From contig VFGV01000011.1 of NCBI GenBank assembly GCA_009392275.1, positions 78,895-142,894 of the forward strand: DNA of 64,000 bases. Direction: 5' to 3'. The stretch's first letter is position 1, and each line of letters opens with the position of its first letter. A program made the translations under genes and the position numbers. The stretch comes from SAR202 cluster bacterium (GTDB lineage Bacteria; Chloroflexota; Dehalococcoidia; Lucifugimonadales; UBA2962). Positions 46,173 to 54,904 of this stretch are shown here, one piece after another. Under the pieces are notes generated by a model. The model was not told the origin of the DNA. It saw only the letters and a list, made by a program, of their open reading frames with translations, and did no database searches.

Positions 46173-47096
46173 TTGTTAATTAGAATTGAGTCTGCCTTTA
46201 ATCTGGAATCAACATTGGATAGTGGTCAGGCATTTCGATGGAAAAATCGAGGTGACTATTTTGAAGGCGTGGTAGACCAATCTATTATTCTCCTAAAACA
46301 AGTTGCCGACGGACTGGAATTTGAATCTTTTCCTAAAGCTGAAAAAGAGATTGAGTCTAAGCTGAAGTATTATCTGTCTTTGCATGATGATTTGGAAATT
46401 ATATTGAAATCAATTGCTGTAGATCAAAACATCCAATCGTATATTGATCAATACAAAGGTATGAGAATCTTGAAACAAGATCCTTGGGAATGTCTAATTT
46501 CATTCATATGCTCCTCTAATTCTAATGTGTCGAGGGTCAAGCAAAATGTTGAAGATATGTCTGCAGCTTACGGAGAAAAGATTGAAGCTTTTGGAAGCAT
46601 AAGACACACTTTTCCCTCCCCGCAACAATTGGAAAATGCCAGTATCCCTATTCTTAGACAGCTTAAGCTCGGTTATAGAGCAGAGTATATCTATGAAGCT
46701 GTAAAATTGGTCTCACAACATGTAATCAACCCATGGTCATTATTAGAAGAACCTTATGAAGAAGCCCTAATGACCCTAACTAAGATACCTGGTATTGGGG
46801 ATAAAGTCGCGAATTGCATAATGTTGTTTTCTATGGGTAAGGATGACGCTTTTCCTGTCGATGTTTGGATTGATCGAATTATTAAAGAACTTTATCCTGA
46901 AGAACTAGATGATTATATTCAAAGAAAATATTCAAATCAGTTGGCAAATAAAAAGAGAACTAAAAATAGGCTCAAAACACCTTCGGTGAATAGAATGATT
47001 ATAAAAGATTGGGCTAGGGAATATTTTGGGGATTATGCTGGATGGGCTAATCATTACATGTTTCACGAGAGACGTAAAAGATTACTGCGCAGTTAA
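46173..47096 (+). CDS. ogg: 8-oxoguanine DNA glycosylase, OGG1 type (OGG_N + HhH-GPD)
   Basis: LDSGQAFRW (OGG_N). HhH-GPD block IPGIGDKVANCIMLFSMGKDDAFPVDVW. TTG start. Confidence 0.8.
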   Translation: MLIRIESAFNLESTLDSGQAFRWKNRGDYFEGVVDQSIILLKQVADGLEFESFPKAEKEIESKLKYYLSLHDDLEIILKSIAVDQNIQSYIDQYKGMRILKQDPWECLISFICSSNSNVSRVKQNVEDMSAAYGEKIEAFGSIRHTFPSPQQLENASIPILRQLKLGYRAEYIYEAVKLVSQHVINPWSLLEEPYEEALMTLTKIPGIGDKVANCIMLFSMGKDDAFPVDVWIDRIIKELYPEELDDYIQRKYSNQLANKKRTKNRLKTPSVNRMIIKDWAREYFGDYAGWANHYMFHERRKRLLRS

Positions 47097-47843
47097 AGCT
47101 CCATCTATAGATAGACACGAACCGGTGACATATGATGATGCATCAGACCATAAAAATGTAACTAATCCAGCAATACTTTCTGGAGTTCCTAATTGTTTGA
47201 TTGGGTGAAAATCTCGTGCTTTTTTCCACGCTTCAGAATTTTTACCATATGTTTGATTGAACATAGGAGTTTCCACACCGCCAGGACAAACGGCATTTAT
47301 GCGGATTCCTTTATCGGCGTAGTCTAAAGCAGCGCTTTTTGTCAGTCCGTTCAAACCATGTTTATTAGCAGTGTAAGTAGTAAAACCTTTTGTGCCAATT
47401 AACCCATTTGCAGAGGACATATTGACAATGCTTCCGCCACCTTTAGATAACATATGTTGAATTTCATGCTTCATGCATAAAAATGGCGCAGTTAAATTTA
47501 CTGACATCATATGATTCCAAATATCAGAATCGATTTCGTGTATAGGTAATTGTGGTCCGCCTGTGGCTGAGTTATTACAAGCCAAATCAACTTCGCCGTA
47601 TTTTTCTATCGTTTTTTCAAACAAACTGTCAATTTGTTTCGGATCTGACATGTCTGCCTTTATGAAAAACGCCTCTCCGCCCTTACTTAAAATGTAATCA
47701 ACTGTTTCTTTGCCAGTTTTTTCGTCTCGCGCTCCTATTACAATTTTTGCTCCTTCACTGGCCGCTCTAATTGAAATTGCTTTTCCAATTCCAGAGTTGC
47801 CACCAGTTATCAACGCTACTTTATTTTTTAATAATTCTGTCAC
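47082..47843 (-). CDS. short-chain dehydrogenase/reductase (SDR)
   Basis: ALITGGNSGIGKA, NNSA, and the catalytic Y-x-x-x-K (YTANKHG). Confidence 0.9.
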   Translation of the reverse strand: MTELLKNKVALITGGNSGIGKAISIRAASEGAKIVIGARDEKTGKETVDYILSKGGEAFFIKADMSDPKQIDSLFEKTIEKYGEVDLACNNSATGGPQLPIHEIDSDIWNHMMSVNLTAPFLCMKHEIQHMLSKGGGSIVNMSSANGLIGTKGFTTYTANKHGLNGLTKSAALDYADKGIRINAVCPGGVETPMFNQTYGKNSEAWKKARDFHPIKQLGTPESIAGLVTFLWSDASSYVTGSCLSIDGALTAQ

Positions 47844-47897
47844 TGTTTTCTCTTGTGTTTTAATTTTAGATAAATTGTTACATTAATTAGCTTTTCA

Positions 47898-48662
47898 TCA
47901 TCGAGCGAGCATTCCTGCATCTACTGGCATAGTAGCCCCGTGTACGAAAGAAGCATCCTTTGTACATAGCCATACAACCATCTCCGCAACTTCTTCCGCT
48001 GTGCCATATCTTTTCATCGGCACGGTTGACTTCCATTCTTCATATAATTCTGGATGATCATCCCAAAATGGTTGGTTGATTTGTGTATCAATGATGCCTG
48101 GAGCTACAGAATTAATTCGAATTCCTTTGGCACCATATTCAAGTGCAGCGCTCTGTGTAAAGCCAACAACTGCGTGTTTACTTGCCACATATATAGATAA
48201 ACCAGCACCTCCAACCAGACCTGCTTGTGAAGCGGTATTTACGATACAGCCGCCTTGTTGCTCCAACATTATTGGAATTTCATATTTCATACATAACCAG
48301 ACACCTTTAGAGTTTATGTTCATAACTTTGTCATAATCCTCTTCTGTGCATTGATCTATTGGTTTATCAAACAATCCAATGCCGGCGTTATTAAATGCAA
48401 AATCTAATTGATTATGGGACTTGATGATCTGCTCCATTAGTGCTTTTACCTCTGATCCGTCTGACACGTCAGCACGAATAAAATGAGCCGAACCGCCATT
48501 TCCTATAATCTTGGATACTGTTTTATTTCCGGAGATTTCATTGACATCAGAACAGATTACTTTTGCTCCTTTTGCCGCAAACTTTATTGCACTTGCACTG
48601 CCAATACCGTTTGCTGCGCCGGTTACTAATGCGACTTTTCCAGAAAATTCTTTATCTTCCAA
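47898..48662 (-). CDS. short-chain dehydrogenase/reductase (SDR)
   Basis: ALVTGAANGIGSA, NNAG, and the catalytic YVASKHA. Confidence 0.9.
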   Translation of the reverse strand: MEDKEFSGKVALVTGAANGIGSASAIKFAAKGAKVICSDVNEISGNKTVSKIIGNGGSAHFIRADVSDGSEVKALMEQIIKSHNQLDFAFNNAGIGLFDKPIDQCTEEDYDKVMNINSKGVWLCMKYEIPIMLEQQGGCIVNTASQAGLVGGAGLSIYVASKHAVVGFTQSAALEYGAKGIRINSVAPGIIDTQINQPFWDDHPELYEEWKSTVPMKRYGTAEEVAEMVVWLCTKDASFVHGATMPVDAGMLAR

Positions 48663-48703
48663 ATTTTTACCTTTCCATCCATCTTTATCTGCTAATGAGC
48701 TAT

Positions 48704-48976
48704 TTATCCCTTTCCAGTAAATAACTCTGATCTGATCTGGTCAACTAATATTGACTCTTCGGGAAATTCCCCTGTTTCTAGCTTTGAATACATCAATTTA
48801 TCGCCAACAGAAACTTCGAAAGCTCCACCGTCAGCTGGAATTAACGAAATTCCACTTATATCCCATGAACATAAGTTCATTAGTTGCTTGGACAGGCTAA
48901 CTGCCTGTGGAACATAATCTCAGGGTACACAGTATTTAATACTAATTAGTGGTCTTGATTTTATATCGCCTAACAT
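48704..48976 (-). CDS. SelW/SelT/SelH (Rdx) family selenoprotein with an in-frame UGA (Sec) at codon 19; not in the ORF track
   Basis: ATG at 48976 with GGAG 7 nt upstream. Reading through TGA (48920-48922) gives MLGDIKSRPLISIKYCVPUDYVPQAVSLSKQLMNLCSWDISGISLIPADGGAFEVSVGDKLMYSKLETGEFPEESILVDQIRSELFTGKG*. This matches the Rdx pattern YC-x-x-[C/U] ... P-x-x-GG-x-FEV ... G-x-FPE. The frame stays open for 71 codons after the TGA. Confidence 0.85.
48892..48908 (-). promoter_or_regulatory. candidate bacterial SECIS hairpin
   Basis: On the mRNA: UGA, 11 nt, then ACAGGC-AGUUA-GCCUGU (6-bp perfect stem, 5-nt loop containing GU). The loop G is about 22 nt from the UGA. A possible lower stem (UU/AA) follows a 2x2 internal loop. 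Confidence 0.6.
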
Positions 48977-49053
48977 AAATTTCTCCTGAAGCTTGTATCT
49001 CGAATACTTATTTAATATCAAATTTCTGTAAGTTTAAAATCACACCAGTATAC

Positions 49054-50040
49054 TTACAAGAGAGCTTTAACAAGTTTCGTGAATCTTTCCATCTTATATA
49101 GAGTTTCATCTATATCTGTTCCTTTGTAGTCCAGTGTTAAATAACTGACTCCAATTTCTGCAAGGTTATATATGTCTTCTGCAACTTGCGAGGGTTCGCC
49201 AGTCAACAATTTCCTATTTCCATTTTCATCAAATATTGGATCCGTATCCGAATACCACATTTCAGCGCTTAGAGCGATACCTATTTTATTAATATCTCGA
49301 TCAGCCTCATCTAACTTACAGTTCAATTTTTCAATGCCATTTTTTAGACGGTCTATCGTGTCTAGTGGATATTGTGGATTGTTTCCAAAAGGGTACCAAA
49401 CATCTCCATAATTTGCGGCTCTCCTAATCGCAGCCGGACTCTCTCCGCCAATCCAAATGGGAGGATAAGGCTTTTGGATAGGTTTGGGTGCAAAGTATAT
49501 GTCTGAAAAAGAGACATATTCGCCTTTGAATGTAGGGTTTGGACTGGTCCATAGTTCTCTGAAAGCATCGATATATTCGTTAGTTACAGAGCCACGTTTT
49601 TTAAAAGTATCTAGCCCGAGCGCCTCGAATTCTTCTTCCATCCATCCAGCACCACAACCCACAATTAACCGGCCGTTAGAAAGGACGTCGATTGTGGCCA
49701 ATATCTTCGCTGTCAGAACTGGCTGGCGATATGGCAATATACATACCGAGCTTAAGAGGTTAATTTTATTTGTATTAGCGGCTAAATAAGACAGCGTCGT
49801 AAGTTGTTCGAAATGTAATCCAAGATCATCTTCACCTTGGTTTTCTTTACTCGACCATTCTCCCAGGAAAGCTCCCGAGTCACTGTATGGGTAGCTTGAT
49901 TGAATTGATCTTGGGATAACTAGATGGTCACCTATATGTAAATAATCAAAACCTATTTGTTCCCCGTGTCTCGCTACTCGGGCTAAACTGTCGGGACCCG
50001 CAAAAACACCAGATGTAGGGACTTCGAAACCGAATTTCAA
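49054..50040 (-). CDS. LLM-class F420/flavin-dependent oxidoreductase (Rv2161c-like subgroup)
   Basis: FDYLHIGDHLVIP, GRLIVGCGAGWMEEEFEALG, PPIWIGGESPAAIRRAANYGDVWYP. TTG start overlaps the stop of the upstream paralog (TTGA). Confidence 0.85.
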   Translation of the reverse strand: MKFGFEVPTSGVFAGPDSLARVARHGEQIGFDYLHIGDHLVIPRSIQSSYPYSDSGAFLGEWSSKENQGEDDLGLHFEQLTTLSYLAANTNKINLLSSVCILPYRQPVLTAKILATIDVLSNGRLIVGCGAGWMEEEFEALGLDTFKKRGSVTNEYIDAFRELWTSPNPTFKGEYVSFSDIYFAPKPIQKPYPPIWIGGESPAAIRRAANYGDVWYPFGNNPQYPLDTIDRLKNGIEKLNCKLDEADRDINKIGIALSAEMWYSDTDPIFDENGNRKLLTGEPSQVAEDIYNLAEIGVSYLTLDYKGTDIDETLYKMERFTKLVKALL

Positions 50041-51014
50041 TTCATCACCTGCGAAATTATTTCTGTGTAAAATGCATCCATTCGTTCTTTAGATTCTCCT
50101 GTTGATGAAGAAAGCAGATCAAACCCAAGTACATCAATTAAAAGATAATCAACGCCTACCTCTTTAAGCTGGTCAATGTCAGATGCTATTTGATTAAAGC
50201 TGCCGGTCAAAATAGTTCTGTCACCATCCTGAGTTATATGAGCTTTTGTTTCATCGTACCAGCTAGCGGCATATGCTAGTGATATGCTTTCAGGATCTCT
50301 GCCAGATTCATCAGCATTTTGTTTAACTTTCTCAAAGTAACTGTAAAGCTTTTCTGGTTTTTGTAATCTGTATTTTGGATTATTACCTATTGGATACCAA
50401 ACATCAGCATACCTGCCAGCTCTCCGTAAGGCAGCAGGACTTTCTCCACCGGTCCATATTGGCGGGTGTGGTTTTTGCGTTGGTTTTGGTTCGAAAGATA
50501 TATTGTCAAAAGAGACATGATGACCTTGAAAGTCTGGATTATTCGATGTCCACATTTCCTTAAATGCTGAAATGTACTCATCGGTAACACGACCTCTTAA
50601 TTCGTATGTATTTAACCCCAGTGCTTTGAACTCCTCTTCCATCCATCCTGCGCCAAGACCTACTAGTAATCTGCCTTTTGAAAGCACGTCAATGGTCGCT
50701 AATACTTTGCCTGCATGTATAGCTGATCTATACGGTGTCACCATAACACTTGTTAAAAGTTGTGCTTTAGATGTTGCTCCAGCAATGAAGGCAAGGGTTG
50801 TTAATTGTTCTAAGCAGTCTCCAACAAATTCGCCTCCGGGAAATTCACCGGAGTCTGTATATGGGTAAGTTGATGATATATTCCGGGGCACAACTACATG
50901 ATCTGACACAGCCATAAAATCAAACCCTAAAGATTCACCTTGACTGGCAAGGTTGATAAGCCCTTCTCTGGTTGAGAGAGGACCTCTGTTAGGGAGTACA
51001 AAACCAAATTTCAT
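50037..51014 (-). CDS. LLM-class F420/flavin-dependent oxidoreductase (tandem paralog of 49054-50040)
   Basis: Collinear with its neighbour throughout: FDFMAVSDHVVVP, GRLLVGLGAGWMEEEFKALG, PPIWTGGESPAALRRAGRYADVWYP. Confidence 0.85.
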   Translation of the reverse strand: MKFGFVLPNRGPLSTREGLINLASQGESLGFDFMAVSDHVVVPRNISSTYPYTDSGEFPGGEFVGDCLEQLTTLAFIAGATSKAQLLTSVMVTPYRSAIHAGKVLATIDVLSKGRLLVGLGAGWMEEEFKALGLNTYELRGRVTDEYISAFKEMWTSNNPDFQGHHVSFDNISFEPKPTQKPHPPIWTGGESPAALRRAGRYADVWYPIGNNPKYRLQKPEKLYSYFEKVKQNADESGRDPESISLAYAASWYDETKAHITQDGDRTILTGSFNQIASDIDQLKEVGVDYLLIDVLGFDLLSSSTGESKERMDAFYTEIISQVMN

Positions 51015-51064
51015 GCTATTAAATCAATCCAACAATAATGCCAGATTAAGATACTGTCAACGCC

Positions 51065-51093
51065 TTGACACTTAAGAACACTAGTGCTAAATT
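51065..51093 (+). promoter_or_regulatory. sigma70-like promoter of lexA
   Basis: TTGACA (51065-51070), a 17-nt spacer, then TAAATT (51088-51093), about 100 nt upstream of the lexA ATG. Confidence 0.45.
51076..51087 (+). promoter_or_regulatory. LexA-box-like site 1 (GAACACTAGTGC)
   Basis: GAAC-N4-GTGC lies inside the -35/-10 spacer. It is one mismatch from the Gram-positive Cheo box core GAAC-N4-GTTC. Confidence 0.45.
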
Positions 51094-51099
51094 TATACA

Positions 51100-51111
51100 G
51101 AACATACGTGC
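51100..51111 (+). promoter_or_regulatory. LexA-box-like site 2 (GAACATACGTGC)
   Basis: Second GAAC-N4-GTGC, 24 bp downstream of site 1 and just after the -10. Both sites share AGAACA-N3-GTGC. Confidence 0.45.
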
Positions 51112-51192
51112 GCAAACCGCATGTCAGTTTTAATCAGCTTCGCAAAATAACTTTAATTTGATACTAAATTCAAATCAAATAAGGAATAAAAA

Positions 51193-51837
51193 ATGGTTAA
51201 GAAGTTATCGGAAAGACAAGAGCATATTCTGACTTATATAAAGGATTTTTTGGATGAACATTCATATCCTCCTACCGTAAGGGATATACAGACCGGATGT
51301 AATATCAGTTCTACATCCGTTGTCGACTACAATCTTCGCATTTTACAAAGAGACGGATATTTAAAGCGTGAAACCGAAGTTTCGCGTGGAATAGAGCTTT
51401 TGGGTTCAAATAAACCTAAAATACAAGATTTTGTTTCAGTACCTATCCTGAGCAATATAGCGGCTGGTGACCCCCTTCCTGTTACTACACAAGACAATTG
51501 GAATCATGAAAATACAGAAACGTTAGACTTACCAACTTTTTTGGTTGATGGAAAGGATGATGTTTTTGGGGTGCGAGTTAAAGGACAGTCTATGATCGAC
51601 GCCTTTATAACGGATGGTGATTTGGTTTTATTAGAGCCAACAACAAATGCCGTGAATGGTGAGATGGTAGCAGCATGGATTCAAGATAATCAAGAAGTAA
51701 CTCTTAAACATTTCTACTTAGAAAATGGCACGGTTAGATTACAGCCTGCTAACCCTATGATGGACCCTATTTATGTTCCTGCTGATAAAGTTTCAGTTCA
51801 GGGCCGTGTTGTCGGAGTGATACGTTCAGTCAATTAA
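51193..51837 (+). CDS. lexA: LexA repressor
   Basis: N-terminal wHTH (LSERQEHILTYIKDFLDEHSYPPTVRDI). Ala-Gly cleavage site (NIAAGDP). Ser/Lys dyad context (VKGQSM ... TLKHF). Confidence 0.95.
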   Translation: MVKKLSERQEHILTYIKDFLDEHSYPPTVRDIQTGCNISSTSVVDYNLRILQRDGYLKRETEVSRGIELLGSNKPKIQDFVSVPILSNIAAGDPLPVTTQDNWNHENTETLDLPTFLVDGKDDVFGVRVKGQSMIDAFITDGDLVLLEPTTNAVNGEMVAAWIQDNQEVTLKHFYLENGTVRLQPANPMMDPIYVPADKVSVQGRVVGVIRSVN

Positions 51838-51864
51838 TACGGATTGTTATTTGTCATAAAGGCT

Positions 51865-52605
51865 TTATAACATATTAGCGCTTTTGGTGGCACGATTCCG
51901 TAAAGATCTTCCTAATTTAGCTAACCAGATTCCTGCTTCGAACAATATAATTATGGGTATTGCAACCAAGGTTTGGTTGATGGGATCAAAGGTAGGAGTT
52001 ATAAGTGCTCCCAACACAAATGCAATAATGATTGCATATTTTCTTTTACGGGATAGCCATTCTGGACTCACTACTCCTAATCTTGACAAAAAAAACAATA
52101 CTACGGGAGTTTCGAACACAACTCCCATCCAAAACAATAGAGATAACATTAAGTTCACATATGTACCTATGCGGGGCATTGGGGTTACTATTTCACTGCC
52201 GAAATTCAGCAAAAAGCTAACTGCCGGAGGAAATATAATTCTGTACCCAAATCCCGCACCGATAATGAAAACGATTAAACTTACAGGTATAAGTATGTAA
52301 AGATAGCGGCGTTCATTGGGCTTTAACCCTGGTGCTAAGAATAGAGCGACTTGGAACAGAACAAACGGTAAAGAGGCAGCAACACCTACAGTTAAGGATG
52401 CTTTCATGGCTATTCCAATAAATTCTGTTAAATCAAGGTATACCGGTTTTCCTTGTGGAACATTTGCGAATCCTTGTGCAGGCTCCATTAACAAGGTGAG
52501 TATTTGAGCATGAAAGACAAATGCTAAAGCTGTTGTTAAAAATATAAATCCAGCTGACCACATAAGTCTTTTACGTAGTTCTAGTAAGTGTTGGCCCATG
52601 TTCAT
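51865..52605 (-). CDS. tatC: twin-arginine translocase subunit TatC
   Basis: HLLELRKRL near the N-terminus and six TM helices. Start set at ATG 52605 (MNMGQHLLELR), 10 nt after the tatA stop. The track's longer start would overlap tatA. Confidence 0.9.
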   Translation of the reverse strand: MNMGQHLLELRKRLMWSAGFIFLTTALAFVFHAQILTLLMEPAQGFANVPQGKPVYLDLTEFIGIAMKASLTVGVAASLPFVLFQVALFLAPGLKPNERRYLYILIPVSLIVFIIGAGFGYRIIFPPAVSFLLNFGSEIVTPMPRIGTYVNLMLSLLFWMGVVFETPVVLFFLSRLGVVSPEWLSRKRKYAIIIAFVLGALITPTFDPINQTLVAIPIIILFEAGIWLAKLGRSLRNRATKSANML

Positions 52606-52615
52606 TTCGTTATGA

Positions 52616-52921
52616 TTAGCCAAGTGACTTATCCTTATTATTTTCATCACTAGATTTTGACGCACCTAATAATGAACTAGGATTCTCAGAATTATCATCA
52701 GTTGCCGATTCATCTGAATCCACTAATGATCTTAGAGACTTTATTGGTTTTTCATCATCTTCAGTAATAGAATTTTGAAGGTCAGAACCCATTCTACGGG
52801 CGTCACGAACAAACCTTCCAATCTCCTTTCCCATTCCAATCATTTTGGTGGGGCCTAAAATTAGAAATGCGATTATAAAAACAGTTAGTATTTCAAGGGA
52901 GCCCATCCCGAGAAAATTCAT
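52616..52921 (-). CDS. tatA: twin-arginine translocase TatA/E-family protein
   Basis: N-terminal TM helix plus hinge (LEILTVFIIAFLILGPTKM), an amphipathic helix and an acidic tail. GGAGG about 5 nt upstream of the ATG. Confidence 0.85.
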   Translation of the reverse strand: MNFLGMGSLEILTVFIIAFLILGPTKMIGMGKEIGRFVRDARRMGSDLQNSITEDDEKPIKSLRSLVDSDESATDDNSENPSSLLGASKSSDENNKDKSLG

Positions 52922-52961
52922 TTGTCCTCCAGACCGTCTGTATCAGCTCAAACTAGTTGGT

Positions 52962-53603
52962 TTAGCAATCAATGCAAGAAAGCAGTTTAATGCTTTTACC
53001 ATAACCTGGGCATATTTTATCAATTAGTTGTCTCAAAGCACATATTGGTAGCCCAACCACATTTAAATAACATCCGTCTATGTTGTTAGCAGGTTGGAAG
53101 TTTTGATCTTGTATAGCATAACCCCCAGCCTTGTCAAAACTACTACCAGTTTTAATATATCGATTCATTTCATAATTACTGTAATTTCTAAATTTAACCC
53201 GGGTAAGTTTGTTAATAGATAATGGGTTATCCATCAATACTGAGTATATTGTTAAGGATGTAGATACTATATGCTCTTGGCCTTTCAGTTTATTTAACAT
53301 ATCTAATGCATCAATCTTTGAGGATGGTTTAAGTAATATAGTTCCATCTATCGAAACAGCAGTATCTGCAGTTACGAAAAATCTATTAGGATAATCGTTA
53401 ATAGACATCGCCTTAACTTTTTCTAAAGCTATCCTTGATGTGTAATTTTGTACGAATTCATTTTTATTTGGCTTATCTTCTTCATAACTAGAGGGTTTTA
53501 CGGTAAAAGAATGTTCCCAAGAACGTCCAATTATTTCGAGTCTCCTTGGAGATTTAGAAGCTAAAACTAAAATGGGTGCGGGTGGTTTTGCGTAATCATT
53601 CAT
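52962..53603 (-). CDS. maf: Maf-like nucleoside triphosphate pyrophosphatase
   Basis: LVLASKSPRRLEIIG, DTAV, AGGYAIQ. Start taken at ATG 53603 so it does not overlap rlmD. Has a short Cys-containing C-terminal tail. Confidence 0.85.
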   Translation of the reverse strand: MNDYAKPPAPILVLASKSPRRLEIIGRSWEHSFTVKPSSYEEDKPNKNEFVQNYTSRIALEKVKAMSINDYPNRFFVTADTAVSIDGTILLKPSSKIDALDMLNKLKGQEHIVSTSLTIYSVLMDNPLSINKLTRVKFRNYSNYEMNRYIKTGSSFDKAGGYAIQDQNFQPANNIDGCYLNVVGLPICALRQLIDKICPGYGKSIKLLSCIDC

Positions 53604-53628
53604 AGCACATACTTTGTAAATTAGACAT

Positions 53629-54828
53629 TTAAATATGCGGCTCAAGTGTGACAACACACTCTATGTGGTGAGTCTGAGGAAACATGTCTATTGGCTGTAC
53701 ATCTATCACTAAATAGCCACCCTTAACTAGATATGATAAATCACGAGCTAGAGTAGTTGTGTCGCATGATACGTAAATGACGCGTTTTGGTCGTTTTATG
53801 ATAATTGATTTTAAAACTTCTATATGACATCCATTTCTTGGAGGATCTAAAATCACTGCATCTGGCTTAAATGAGAGGTTTAATATAGCCTCCTCTGTTT
53901 TCGATTCAATATACTCAATATTACTTAATCCAGCTAAATTAATTTTTGCATCTTTAATAGCTGCTCCCGATTCTTCGATGGCGATCACTTTAGATGATTC
54001 ATCTGATAATACGGCAGAGAAAGTACCTACTCCAGCATAAGCATCTACAACTTTACTTGTGCCATTCAGCTTGCATTTTTCTTTGACAATTTTTCCTAAA
54101 GTTTCAGCCTGTAGTGTATTCACTTGGAAAAATGATGGTGAAGCTACTCTGAAATGACGTCCAAGTAATGATTCGCGATAATGTGTCTGTCCTGTCATTA
54201 TTTGTACCTGTGAACTTTTTATTGCAGGCTGGATTAGCCATTCATTTGTATTGATACCATGCCTGATGCTTAATTGGCTTGTCTCAGCGACTTTACCTTG
54301 CAGTAGGCTGAGAAATCTATTTATTCCTGGGGTCATTAGCATACAGTCTTGAATACTTACAAATCGACGTGTAATACGGTTAACAAATCCTAATACCCCC
54401 TCTTTTCTAACTGTAAATCTTGCATGATTTCTATAGTTAAATATGTTAGGGCTTGCCAAAGTTGGGTGAATATTTAACTCTGAAAGTTCTTTATATTTTT
54501 GAAATTGATTTTTTACTTGGTTGGCTTTAATAATCAATTGGTATGAATAATCAATATGCTGCCACTGACAGCCGCTGCATGGTCCAAAATAAGGGCAAGG
54601 CGCCTGGATTCTATGTTCTGAACTTACTATTACATCTAGAACCACTCCAAATATGACTTCTTTGCGTCTTTTTTTATATCGATGGATTCCTATTATTACT
54701 TCCTCATTTGGGATGCCTCCGAAAACATTTATTTCGCTATTTTCATATATCGCATTTGTGTCCCCAAGTTCATTAAACTCACCCAACTTGAGACGCACTG
54801 TTTCTATGTTTTCAAATGTATCGAGCAA
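53629..54828 (-). CDS. rlmD: 23S rRNA (uracil-C5)-methyltransferase, RlmD/RumA family
   Basis: [4Fe-4S] motif CPYFGPCSGCQWQH. SAM motif DAYAGVGTFS. ILDPPRNG. Catalytic Cys context YVSCD. Confidence 0.85.
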   Translation of the reverse strand: MLDTFENIETVRLKLGEFNELGDTNAIYENSEINVFGGIPNEEVIIGIHRYKKRRKEVIFGVVLDVIVSSEHRIQAPCPYFGPCSGCQWQHIDYSYQLIIKANQVKNQFQKYKELSELNIHPTLASPNIFNYRNHARFTVRKEGVLGFVNRITRRFVSIQDCMLMTPGINRFLSLLQGKVAETSQLSIRHGINTNEWLIQPAIKSSQVQIMTGQTHYRESLLGRHFRVASPSFFQVNTLQAETLGKIVKEKCKLNGTSKVVDAYAGVGTFSAVLSDESSKVIAIEESGAAIKDAKINLAGLSNIEYIESKTEEAILNLSFKPDAVILDPPRNGCHIEVLKSIIIKRPKRVIYVSCDTTTLARDLSYLVKGGYLVIDVQPIDMFPQTHHIECVVTLEPHI

Positions 54829-54904
54829 AATTTATATCCACACTATTAAAGAAAGGTCAATCACATTACTTTACATATAAATACAGCATCGGACTACAAA
54901 GATA

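Noticed and set aside
52962-53040. Cys-containing C-terminal tail of Maf (…CALRQLIDKICPGYGKSIKLLSCIDC) as an extra metal-binding module
   Set aside because: It has only four loosely spaced Cys and no recognisable motif. It cannot be supported from the sequence alone.
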